Source: Planctomycetota bacterium (GTDB lineage Bacteria; Planctomycetota; PLA2; JAEUHO01). From it: 64,000 nucleotides of DNA. The first letter of the stretch is position 1. Each line of letters starts with the position of its first letter. Location: NCBI GenBank assembly GCA_050248855.1, contig JBFWRP010000008.1:120867-184866 (forward strand). The letters run 5' to 3'. Below, in pieces: positions 18,392-27,378 of this stretch. The position numbers and the translations under genes were made by a program. The notes below the pieces were generated by a model, which saw only the letters and a list, made by a program, of their open reading frames with translations, searched no databases and was not told the DNA's origin.

Positions 18392-19639
18392 TCACCCGGG
18401 GGCGACGGGCCCGGGCTCGGCGGCCAGGCGCTCGACGAGGACCGTGTGGACGCGCCGGCCCTTGACGCGCTCGGCGCTCATGCGGTGGCCGAGCAGCTCC
18501 ACGGCGTCGCCCCGCGTGGGCGGATGGCCGAGCGTGCCCATGAGCAGCCCGCCGACCGTGTCCCAACCGGCCTTGGGGAAGGTGGCGCCCACCAGGTCGT
18601 TCATGCGCTCCACGGAGAGGCCTGCGTCGACGCGCCAGCGTCCGGGTCCCACCTCGACGACGGGGGGCTCTTCGCGGTCGTGCTCGTCCTCGATCTCGCC
18701 GACGATCTCCTCGAGCAGGTCCTCCAGCGTCACCAGGCCGGACACGCTCCCGAACTCGTCGACGACCATCGCCATGTGCGCGTGTTCGCGCTGCATGTCG
18801 CGGAAGAGCTCGGCCACGGGCCGGGACTCGGGGACGAAGCGGATCGGCTGGAGCAGCTCGCGGAGCGTGGTCGTGCCGGGGTCGCGCGCCACGCGCAACA
18901 CGTCCTTGGCGTGCACGAAGCCGAGCGTCTCGTCGAGGTGGCCGGCGTGCACGGGAATGCGCGAGCAGCCGCTCTTGAGGAAGACATCGACCGCCGTCTC
19001 GAGGCTGGCGCCGACCGGGAGCGCCGTGATGTCGGGCCGCGGCGTGGCCACCTCGCGCACGAGCGTGTCCCCGAACTTGAGGATCGAGTGGATCATCGCC
19101 CGCTCGGTGGCGCGCAGGACGCCTTCTTCCGCGCCGACGTCGGCCAGGGAGCGGATGTCCTCGTGCGAGACGGACTCCCGGTCCGAGCGCGGCAGCAGCA
19201 GGCCGGCCAGGCCGACCAGCAGCTTGGTCGGTAGCCACAGCAGCCGTGCCAGGCCCAGGACGAACGGCGCCAGCGCCAGCGCCACGGCGTCGCTGTGCAG
19301 GATGCCGACGGTCTTGGAGAGCGCTTCCACCACCACGAAGTAGCCCAGCGTGAAGAGCACGGACGCCACCACCACGCCGGCATCGCCCCACGCTTCCGTC
19401 GCGAGCAGCGCAACGAGGATGGCCGAGCCGTTCTGCGCAAGCATGACCGCGAGGTAGATCGCGTTGAAGTGGGGCGCCGGATCGGTCTCGATCTCGACGA
19501 GGGCCGCTGCGTGCCGGCGGCCCTCGACCTGGAGCGCCAGTGCCCGCACGCGGCTGACGCGGCTGAGGGAGGCCTCCGCGAGCGCCAGCACCGAGCCCAG
19601 GGCCACGAGGACCACGACGACCAGCGCCATCGCGATCAT
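18392..19639 (-). CDS. Hemolysin-family/CNNM (DUF21-CBS-CBS-CorC) metal transporter
   Basis: TM N-terminus, VREVATPRPDI, SRIPV, VVDEFGSVSGLVTLEDLLEEIVGEIEDEHD, WDTVGG. Confidence 0.92.
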   Translation of the reverse strand: MIAMALVVVVLVALGSVLALAEASLSRVSRVRALALQVEGRRHAAALVEIETDPAPHFNAIYLAVMLAQNGSAILVALLATEAWGDAGVVVASVLFTLGYFVVVEALSKTVGILHSDAVALALAPFVLGLARLLWLPTKLLVGLAGLLLPRSDRESVSHEDIRSLADVGAEEGVLRATERAMIHSILKFGDTLVREVATPRPDITALPVGASLETAVDVFLKSGCSRIPVHAGHLDETLGFVHAKDVLRVARDPGTTTLRELLQPIRFVPESRPVAELFRDMQREHAHMAMVVDEFGSVSGLVTLEDLLEEIVGEIEDEHDREEPPVVEVGPGRWRVDAGLSVERMNDLVGATFPKAGWDTVGGLLMGTLGHPPTRGDAVELLGHRMSAERVKGRRVHTVLVERLAAEPGPVAPG

Positions 19640-19874
19640 CGGGGTTTCCGCGCAGGACGGGAAGCCGGGTCCAGGGAGGTCGACATGCCTTGACAGATCC
19701 TGCACGAGGGTGGGCGTCGTGTCGATGCGGCGCGGCACGGCCCCGGCGCGGCCGTCCCGTCCCTGCTGGCTTGTGGATTGCCCCGCGGCCCGCGCTCCGC
19801 TACGGTCCGACCGGGACGCGGGCATCTGGACCGCGGCGAAAGGAGCACGCGTGACGGCAAGGTGCGGGGAGGGC

Positions 19875-21668
19875 GTGATCCGGCGGGGCTTCGTGGCCGC
19901 GTGTCTCCTGGCAGTGGCAGGCCTTGGCGCCTGCGGCACGTCCGGGCCGGCCCTGCCCGTGGCGATCGGGTTCCCGCAGCCGCCGGTGATCACGATCGCG
20001 CCCGGCAGCACGACGATCCACACGCTGACGTGCGCGATCACGTCGCAGGCCGTGGGCGGCACGACGGTGACGGGGCCCACCTACAACGGGCGCATCCTGG
20101 GGCCGACCTTCCGCATGCAGCCCGGCGCCACGGACTTCCACGTGAACGTGGTCAACAACCTGCCGCCCAACCCCGCGGTCCAGCGCGGCGGGGCCTTCCC
20201 GCACGACCCGCACACCACGAACCTGCACACGCACGGCCTCACCGTCGACCCGGGTGGCATCAGCGACAACGTGCATCGCAAGATGGAAGCGGGCACCACG
20301 AACGAGGTGCTGGTCCAGCTCGTGCCCGACCATCCGACCGGGACCTTCTGGTACCACCCGCACAAGCACGGTTCGGTGGCCTACCAGATGATGGGCGGCA
20401 TGGCTGGCTTCCTGATCCTGGAGGGAGGCCCGGGGAGCCTCGACGAGGTGCCGGAGATCGCCGCGGCGCGCGACCTCGTGATGGGCTTCCAGACGATCCG
20501 CGTGAACACGCAGGGCACGGTGCCCTTCGTCAACCCGGCCGCCACCGACTTCAAGCAGCTCCACGCCGCGCTGACGGGTGGCAACGCCTTCATGACGACC
20601 AACGGCATCGTTGCGCCGACGCTGAGGATGCAGCCGGGCGAAGTCGTGCGCTGCCGGATGCTGAACGCGACGCTGGGCGAGACGCTGGCCCTGGCGATCG
20701 TGTCCACGGACCAGCAGCGGCTGGCGGGGCTTCCCCTGTACGTGCTGGCCCACGACGGGTTGACCGTGCCCGAGATGGTCACGATGCCCGTGTTCGGCGA
20801 CGAGCTGATCCTGGGTGGGGGGAACCGCGCCGACGTGCTGATCAAGGCGCCGCTCTACGAGGGCAGCTTCGAGCTGCGCACCTACAACACGAACGCCAAC
20901 GGAGGCTCGGGGAGCCCCGTCGTGGCCTCGATTTCGCCGCAGGGCATCGAGCCGGCCATGCGCCAGGCCCGCGTGCTACCGCACCCGCCCAACACGGAAG
21001 GGTGGAACTTCCCGATCACGCTCGTGAAGATCAAGGTCGAGGGCACGGCGAACGACATGCCCCTGCCGCCGAGCCTGCTCCCCGTCCCGCCGGCCATCGA
21101 CGCCACGGAGACCAACGCGATCTTGGCGGCCACGCCGAGCAAAACGCGCAACATCCTCTTCGAGCTGTGCGGCCCCGAGAGCTTCGAGACGAACGACTGC
21201 GAGGCCTTCGACCTGCTGTTCGGCTACGACACGGCGGCCTACTGGGGCGGCACGACGTTTGGCAACCGCATGTTCATGCGCGATCTGGACGATCCGGGGC
21301 CTGCGTTCACCAAGGAGGCGATGTTCAAGCACGGCGAGCCGCTGTTCTCGGACATGTACGCCGGGGCCATCGAGGAGTGGACCATCCACAACACCTCGAA
21401 GACCGACCATCCCTACCACCAGCACGTGAACCCGTTCCTGTTGACGCACATCAACGGCGTGCCAGTTCCCGAGCCCGAGTGGCGGGACACCGTGCTCGTG
21501 CCCTCCCGGCTCTCGGATTCGATCGCAGGCACCGTCACGTTGCGCATGCGCTACCACCCCGCCATCACGGGCGTGTTCGTGGCCCATTGCCACATCCTCA
21601 CGCACGAGGACGTGGGCATGATGCAGGAGCTGCGCATCCGCCAAGATCCGACGTTGCCGCCCCGGTAG
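19875..21668 (+). CDS. Multicopper oxidase (lipoprotein)
   Basis: Lipobox LGAC; Cu motifs TNLHTHG, FWYHPHKH, HPYHQH, HCHILTHEDVGMM. Confidence 0.92.
   Translation: MIRRGFVAACLLAVAGLGACGTSGPALPVAIGFPQPPVITIAPGSTTIHTLTCAITSQAVGGTTVTGPTYNGRILGPTFRMQPGATDFHVNVVNNLPPNPAVQRGGAFPHDPHTTNLHTHGLTVDPGGISDNVHRKMEAGTTNEVLVQLVPDHPTGTFWYHPHKHGSVAYQMMGGMAGFLILEGGPGSLDEVPEIAAARDLVMGFQTIRVNTQGTVPFVNPAATDFKQLHAALTGGNAFMTTNGIVAPTLRMQPGEVVRCRMLNATLGETLALAIVSTDQQRLAGLPLYVLAHDGLTVPEMVTMPVFGDELILGGGNRADVLIKAPLYEGSFELRTYNTNANGGSGSPVVASISPQGIEPAMRQARVLPHPPNTEGWNFPITLVKIKVEGTANDMPLPPSLLPVPPAIDATETNAILAATPSKTRNILFELCGPESFETNDCEAFDLLFGYDTAAYWGGTTFGNRMFMRDLDDPGPAFTKEAMFKHGEPLFSDMYAGAIEEWTIHNTSKTDHPYHQHVNPFLLTHINGVPVPEPEWRDTVLVPSRLSDSIAGTVTLRMRYHPAITGVFVAHCHILTHEDVGMMQELRIRQDPTLPPR
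21165..21668 (+). repeat. Copy 1 of 504-bp direct repeat (3' end of the multicopper oxidase)
   Basis: Colinear with 26691-27194; last 128 bp identical. Confidence 0.92.
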
Positions 21669-22021
21669 GCGCAGACAGCAGCGTGGGCCCCCTTGGCAGC
21701 GGGGGGAGGCGGCATGGGATCCTGGGCCCTCCACCGTATCCGCTCGGGGAACTACGCCCGACAGATGCACCGCTCCCATGCAGCATGCCCAGCCTCTTCG
21801 GGAGGTTGATCCATGGCAGGCCGAGCCCCGCGCCGTCGCAAGAGTCTTCAGGCAGCTTGTCGAGCGTCGAGCCCGTGACGGCCTGACCTGAGCCGAGGCG
21901 GCAAGCCTGGGCGGCACGTCGCTCTCGACCCCTCATGGCTGGTCCCAGAGGCTTCGATCCTCGCCCGCGCCCGAGTTCCTCGAGATGTGCCCATCCGATG
22001 CGCGGGCCCCGGCGGCGCCGA

Positions 22022-22369
22022 ATGGCATCGGGGCCGTTCTGGCCAACGGACTCGTCCTCCGCGTGCCAGCTGGCGGAGACCTCGGGCCGGACGCTTCCAC
22101 CTCTCGATGACGTCGTGGTGTCCGACCGGGCTTGTCCTCGCTGCCGGGCGACCCTCAAGGAGGCCACCCTGGGCCCCGTTCGGGCCGATCACTGCCTCAC
22201 ATGCCAGGGCGTGTACCTGGATGGAGGCGGGCTCCACGGCCTGCGGACAGGCGCCGTCCACCGCTCGGCGACAGTGGCCTTGCGCGCGGCGAAGCAGCCG
22301 CCGGCCAGTCTTGATCGGGTTGCGGACGGCGTGGCGGGCATGCTCAAGCTGCTGGTCGCGCTGCCGTAG
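22022..22369 (+). CDS. Small zf-TFIIB-like zinc-ribbon protein or fragment
   Basis: ACPRCRATL..VRADHCLTCQGVYLDGG pattern; start uncertain. Confidence 0.55.
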   Translation: MASGPFWPTDSSSACQLAETSGRTLPPLDDVVVSDRACPRCRATLKEATLGPVRADHCLTCQGVYLDGGGLHGLRTGAVHRSATVALRAAKQPPASLDRVADGVAGMLKLLVALP

Positions 22370-22535
22370 GACGAAGAGCGCGCCGTACGCTGGGGCGAGA
22401 TGAGCAGCGCGACCCCGCCCGCCGACATCGACGCGTGTCCGCTCTGCGGCGCGGCGAGGATTCCCAGTGCGGTGCGTACGGGATTCGTGACGGAGGCAGG
22501 GGCTCCGGCGCGGTGCTCGCGGAGGCCAGTCCGGC

Positions 22536-22800
22536 GTGGGTCCGCGTGAGCGGCGAGCCGGTCCCGGAGTGCGGCACCACGTGATGGGCCGCGGCATTGG
22601 CAGGCAGGTCGTGCTGTCGCAGCGTAGGGACGTCCGTTGCGTGGTCTCCCGGTTGGCCTGGGCTTGGCGTACTTGCTCGCGCGCGACCCGGTCTGCGTGC
22701 TGCCTTCCGGCGACCTTCACCGCCTGGCAGTGCGGATGAGCTTGGGCTCTTGAGGCAACGGTCCGAATCCCATACGGGTTTCCCCCGCCCGGTATCTCGC
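22536..22800 (+). pseudogene. Degenerate REP-associated tyrosine transposase (RAYT/Y1) remnant
   Basis: PGVRHHVMGRGIGRQVVL..RRDV resembles the RAYT N-terminal HV.NRG motif; frameshifted, HUH motif not intact. Confidence 0.55.
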
Positions 22801-22885
22801 CACGCACTGGCAGGGAGTGGGGGTGATGGAGGCTGCTCTGGAAACCCGCCAGCGTGCGGCCGGGGCGGAGGCAGAGCACAAGCGC

Positions 22886-25800
22886 TCAGGGGGCGAGGGT
22901 GCTGGCGGGACGGACGCCAATGGAGTAGATGCGGGACCCCGGGTCGGACCGGGCCCGGCGCGCGGAGCACGCGTAGCGGGCGACATTGGGCCATCCCCCG
23001 CCACGGTTCACGCGTCCCCCCTTGCCCTGCACGACGGGATCCGTCACGGCGTCAGCCGTATACAGACGATACGCGTCGCGACACCACTCCCAGACATTGC
23101 CGTGCACGTCGTGCAGGCCGAACTTGTTGGGCGCGAACGATCCCACGGGCGCATGGACGCCGTACCCGTCGTTGACCTCCATCGTGGCGGGGAACGCTTC
23201 GCCGCCGTGGGTCTTGAGCCAAGCGTCGGCAATGTTGGCGACCCCGCCCAACGCCGCCACGTCCCGCCCCGTGATCCAGGGCGTGTCGGTGCCCGCCCGA
23301 CACGCGTGCTCCCACTCGGCTTCGGTCGGGAGAACGAGGCGGTGGCGCGAGAGCCAGAGGTCGCAGTCCTCCCACGAGACCTGCTCCACGGGGTTGCGCT
23401 CCGTGCAGTCCTTCAGGTCGGCCCTCATTCCAGCCTTCCATGCGCTGGGGTCCAGGCCTCCGGTGAGTGCCTTCCACTGCGCCTGCGTCGCCTCGTGCTT
23501 GGCGAGGAAGAAGGGCGAGAGCGACACCTCGTGGACGGGCTCTTGGGTCTCCTCGGCGAGGGGATCGTAGTTCGGTCCCTGCGGATCCTTCTTCTGCGCG
23601 CCCATGAGGAACGAACCGCCGGGGATGAGCACCAGCACGATCGCGGCGTCGTCCTTGGGCACGAATTGCTTGGTGGTGTCGTCCCGCGTGGGGACTCGGC
23701 CGGACCCCAGGTGGGCGAACTCGAAGAGACCTGACTCCGGATCGGGTCCCAGCGGTACGAGGCCGACCTGGCGCGTGATCCGAAGGCCGCCGTACTTGGA
23801 CGAGGCCGCGATCCCGGCGATGGTCTCGTCCCACGCCCTGGCGTGGTCTTCAAGGGATCGCTGCCGGAGGGTCGTCACGAACGCGAAGCGCGCTTCCACG
23901 TCGGCCAGGATGCCGCCTTGGTCCTGCGCGTCACCGCCGTCCAGGCGGTCGAGACCCGCAAGTAGGGCCACCAGCACCTCGTGCTGCCACTCGGTCTGGG
24001 GGTCGGCGAAGGTCCACGATCTCCGCTCGTGCAAGCCGGCCTCCAGCTGGGCCACCTGGGCCGTGACCTTCCCTTCCTCCTTCTCCAGGGCCGTGCGCTC
24101 GTACTCGGCGTTGTCGCCCTGGACCTTCGCCTTCTCGGCCTCGATCTCCGCCAGCCGCCGCTGCGCGGCTTCGATCGATTGGCGGCCGGCTTCGAGGTCC
24201 CGGGCCTTCTCCTCCTCCGAGTAGGGGACGCCCTCGCGGATCGCCGCGAGGCGCGTGCGGTGCTCGGCGCGGCGCGAGAGCACCGTCTTCGCTCGGGCGA
24301 CCCAGGCTTCCATCTCGGAGGCCCTCTCCGGCACGAGGGGCCACAGGCGGTCCGCCTCGTCAACCAGGTCGGCGACCTCCTTCGAGTCGGCGAGACGCAG
24401 CACGTCGTCCAGCGCCCGGGCCTTGTCATCCAAGGCCGCTTGCGCGGTCCTTTGCATGTGCCGCGCATGGAGCGCGGCGGCCGCGGCGAGCACGGCAAGC
24501 ACGACGAGCGCACCTGCGGCGGCACGCCTCACGCGGCGGCCGCGAAGCGCCTGCCCCTCTGCCGCGGCGAGATAGGCGCGTGCGGCAGGATCCAGGTCGA
24601 ACCCGGCCTGTCGGAGCTGCTTGGCGCCGTCCAGGTCGCGCCCGCGCCAGTGCTCCCAGCTCTTTGGCCGTCCCGCCTGATCCCATCGGGTGGCCTCCGT
24701 CCGGAGTCGGGTCTGGACCCTCAAGAGCTCCGCGTCGTTCTCGATCAGGCGTCTCGCCCTCTCCCAACGGCGCAGCAGGGCTTCGTGCGCCACCGCGACG
24801 ACCTCACCCGTCGCGGATCCCTCGGCGACCAGCAGCCGCGCTGCGAGGAAGGCCTCGACCAGGGACGTGGCCTCGGGTGTCGAGGTGACCAGCCGCTTGG
24901 GGGCACGACGCGCGGTCGCCCGGACTTCGGATCCCTCGGCCACGTCGACCAGCGCCCGAAGCACGCCCGGGAAGGCGGCTCGCGCATCCCGCGAGAGCGT
25001 CTCCCAAACCCGGTCCGCCTGCCGTCCGATGGCGCCTTCCAGGCCCCCCAAGGCGGCGTGTGCGGCAAACGTGAGGCGCCCATCTGCTTGCTTCTCGTGC
25101 TCGAGCAGGGTCAGTGCGTACTGCAGGAGGGGAAGCGCGTCGCGGCCACCAAGGGCTTCGGCGATCAGGACGGTGTCCAACGATCGCCCGAGGGTCTCGT
25201 CGTACTCGTATGACAGGGCGGCCAGCTCGGCCGGTCCACGCACGATCTCGGCAATCTCTTCCGCGTCCGGGGGGAGGAGGTCGTACTGCCCGTCGCCCTC
25301 CTTGAGGGCCTTCAGCTCCGGTAGCTCGAGAAGAGCCGGATAGAAGTCGCTGCGAAGCGTGGCGATGACCCAGACGAGGCCACTGCGTGCCAAGACGCTC
25401 ACCACGGACGCGAAGGCGCTCCGCTCGGACTCCGTCACGCCCTGCTGGGTGAACAGCTCCTCGAGCTGGTCGATGAGGAGCACCAGGCGGCCCTTCACGT
25501 CCTCGGCCGCGCCGCCTCCTGCGGGCGCCGCCGCACGAACCAGGGCCCCGCGTACGTCGTTGACGGCGGCCTTGGGGCTGCTGGCCCAAGCGGCTGCGAG
25601 ATCGGCTGGCGATCCGTGCGAGGCGATGTCGGGGAGTGCGCCTTCGCGCACCAGCGCCGAAGCCAGCGCCTCGAGAGGGGTCTGGGCATCGCCGGGCCGC
25701 ACGACGGCCTGCCGGCAGAAGCCCTCGGCGAGGGCTTCTTCGGCAACCCACGGCCCCGTCAGTCGTGAGAGCAAGCCGGCACGTGCCAAGGACGACTTGC

Positions 25801-26572
25801 CCGCACCGCTTGCCCCGAGGATCAGCACGAAGGCGCGCCCCGCACGGATCTGGCGTGAGAGGGCTTGGCGCACCTCCTCGACCGCGCGTCGGCGTCCGAA
25901 GAAGACGGCGGCGTGCTCGACGTCGAAGGGCTCGAGTCCCCGGAAGGGCGTCCCGTGCCACGTTCCCGCGCGTGCTCCCCCCGCCAAGCGATCGTTGAGC
26001 TCGTCCCGCAGATGTGCCCGCAGCTTCCGCCCGAACTCGGAGGGGGCTTGGAAGAGATGGACGGATCCCTTGAAGGACAGGTCCTCGGAGTCCTGGAAGT
26101 TCTGCGAGAAGAACCGCTCGACCGCGGACCAGTCCGAACGGCGGCTCTCGTAGCCGGGATCCGTGACGGCCACGTGGGGAGGATCCACCCTTCGGTACAC
26201 CAAGATGCTGGGCGCACCGCGCTGCGCGTGCGCGCCCATCGCATCTGCAAACTCCCACTCCGTGCCTGTGGGTCGGCGTCCGTCGTCGAGCTGGAAGTTC
26301 CTGGAAAGCGGCGTCCCCAGGCGCGACCACAGGATGAACAGGGCAATGTCGGATTGCGAGGGAGGCGCCCGTCGATCGATCTCCTCCTGGAAGCCTGCCG
26401 TCGCCAGGAGCGGCAGCTGCTCCCACAGGATGGGAATCAAGACCAAGCGCCCTTGGTACTCGGCCTGGAAATCTCGGATCGTGCTCAGCGCAACGTTGCG
26501 CTCCTCGGCCACGTCACCGGGGGAGGAAACGAAGATCCGTATCCTCTGGATGTCGCTCGATTCAAACGGCAC
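22886..26572 (-). CDS. DUF4062 (TIR-like) + STAND NTPase + FGE-sulfatase (SUMF1) domain protein
   Basis: IRIFVSSPGDVAEER and TGTEWEF; PFRGLEPF, Walker A GASGAGKSS, Walker B LLIDQLEELF, LPLLQYAL, VAHEALL; TM helix; LPTEAEWEHACRAG, PNKFGLHDVHGNVWEWC. Confidence 0.88.
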   Translation of the reverse strand: MPFESSDIQRIRIFVSSPGDVAEERNVALSTIRDFQAEYQGRLVLIPILWEQLPLLATAGFQEEIDRRAPPSQSDIALFILWSRLGTPLSRNFQLDDGRRPTGTEWEFADAMGAHAQRGAPSILVYRRVDPPHVAVTDPGYESRRSDWSAVERFFSQNFQDSEDLSFKGSVHLFQAPSEFGRKLRAHLRDELNDRLAGGARAGTWHGTPFRGLEPFDVEHAAVFFGRRRAVEEVRQALSRQIRAGRAFVLILGASGAGKSSLARAGLLSRLTGPWVAEEALAEGFCRQAVVRPGDAQTPLEALASALVREGALPDIASHGSPADLAAAWASSPKAAVNDVRGALVRAAAPAGGGAAEDVKGRLVLLIDQLEELFTQQGVTESERSAFASVVSVLARSGLVWVIATLRSDFYPALLELPELKALKEGDGQYDLLPPDAEEIAEIVRGPAELAALSYEYDETLGRSLDTVLIAEALGGRDALPLLQYALTLLEHEKQADGRLTFAAHAALGGLEGAIGRQADRVWETLSRDARAAFPGVLRALVDVAEGSEVRATARRAPKRLVTSTPEATSLVEAFLAARLLVAEGSATGEVVAVAHEALLRRWERARRLIENDAELLRVQTRLRTEATRWDQAGRPKSWEHWRGRDLDGAKQLRQAGFDLDPAARAYLAAAEGQALRGRRVRRAAAGALVVLAVLAAAAALHARHMQRTAQAALDDKARALDDVLRLADSKEVADLVDEADRLWPLVPERASEMEAWVARAKTVLSRRAEHRTRLAAIREGVPYSEEEKARDLEAGRQSIEAAQRRLAEIEAEKAKVQGDNAEYERTALEKEEGKVTAQVAQLEAGLHERRSWTFADPQTEWQHEVLVALLAGLDRLDGGDAQDQGGILADVEARFAFVTTLRQRSLEDHARAWDETIAGIAASSKYGGLRITRQVGLVPLGPDPESGLFEFAHLGSGRVPTRDDTTKQFVPKDDAAIVLVLIPGGSFLMGAQKKDPQGPNYDPLAEETQEPVHEVSLSPFFLAKHEATQAQWKALTGGLDPSAWKAGMRADLKDCTERNPVEQVSWEDCDLWLSRHRLVLPTEAEWEHACRAGTDTPWITGRDVAALGGVANIADAWLKTHGGEAFPATMEVNDGYGVHAPVGSFAPNKFGLHDVHGNVWEWCRDAYRLYTADAVTDPVVQGKGGRVNRGGGWPNVARYACSARRARSDPGSRIYSIGVRPASTLAP

Positions 26573-26690
26573 GGTCGCCCCTGCGGTCCATCGACGTGAT
26601 CGAGCATCACGTTATGGAATCCGCTCCTCGGGGACAAGCGCGGCCTCCCTGATGCGGAGCCCGAGCGACAGGCCCGACGGGATGGGTCCC

Positions 26691-27194
26691 CTGTGCGGGC
26701 CGGAGGGCTTCGAGACGAACGACTGCGAGGCCCTCGACCTCCTGGGCGGCTACGACAGGGCCGCCTACTGGGGCGGCACGACGCTTGGCAACCGGATGTT
26801 CATGCGCGACCTGGACGACCCGGGCCCGGCCCTTGCCAAGGAGGCCCTGTTCGGACACGGGGAGCCGCTGTTCTCGGACATGTACTCGGCGGCCATCGAG
26901 GAGTGGACGATCCACAACACCTCGAAGACCGACCATCCCTACCACCAGGACGTCAACCCGTTCCTCGTGACCCACATCAACGGCGTGCCGCTCCCCGAAC
27001 CCGAGTGGCGCGACACGGTGCTCGTGCCGTCCCGTGTCTCCGACACGGTGGCTGGAACGGTGACCCTGCGCATGCGCTACCACCCCGCCATCACGGGCGT
27101 GTTCGTGGCCCATTGCCACATCCTCACGCACGAGGACGTGGGCATGATGCAGGAGCTGCGCATCCGCCAAGATCCGACGTTGCCGCCCCGGTAG
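26691..27194 (+). pseudogene. 5'-truncated duplicate of the multicopper oxidase C-terminal domain (repeat copy 2)
   Basis: 504 bp colinear with 21165-21668; HPYHQH changed to HPYHQD. Confidence 0.88.
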
Positions 27195-27378
27195 CGGGGG
27201 CAGGAAGCTCCCCTGAGACCCCGGACCTTGGGGCGGTACGTACGGGATCGCACCGACGCGGTCGGCGCGCGCGCATGCCTCTTGACGGAGGGGATGGGCG
27301 CCATGGGATCCTGCCCTTGCCCGTGAGGTCAAGGGGCCGGTGACGGGTGCGGAGGCTCGCTGGTGGGGGGGCGCTCGC

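Noticed and set aside
22886..23300. FGE/C-lectin C-terminus as a diversity-generating retroelement target
   Set aside because: No reverse transcriptase and no template repeat seen in the window
26163..26690. N-terminal part of ORF 26163-27194 as real coding sequence
   Set aside because: It is mostly antisense to the STAND gene start; oxidase homology begins only at 26691
21165..27194. 504-bp repeat pair as a DGR template/variable repeat
   Set aside because: Differences are not adenine-specific; many are C/G synonymous changes
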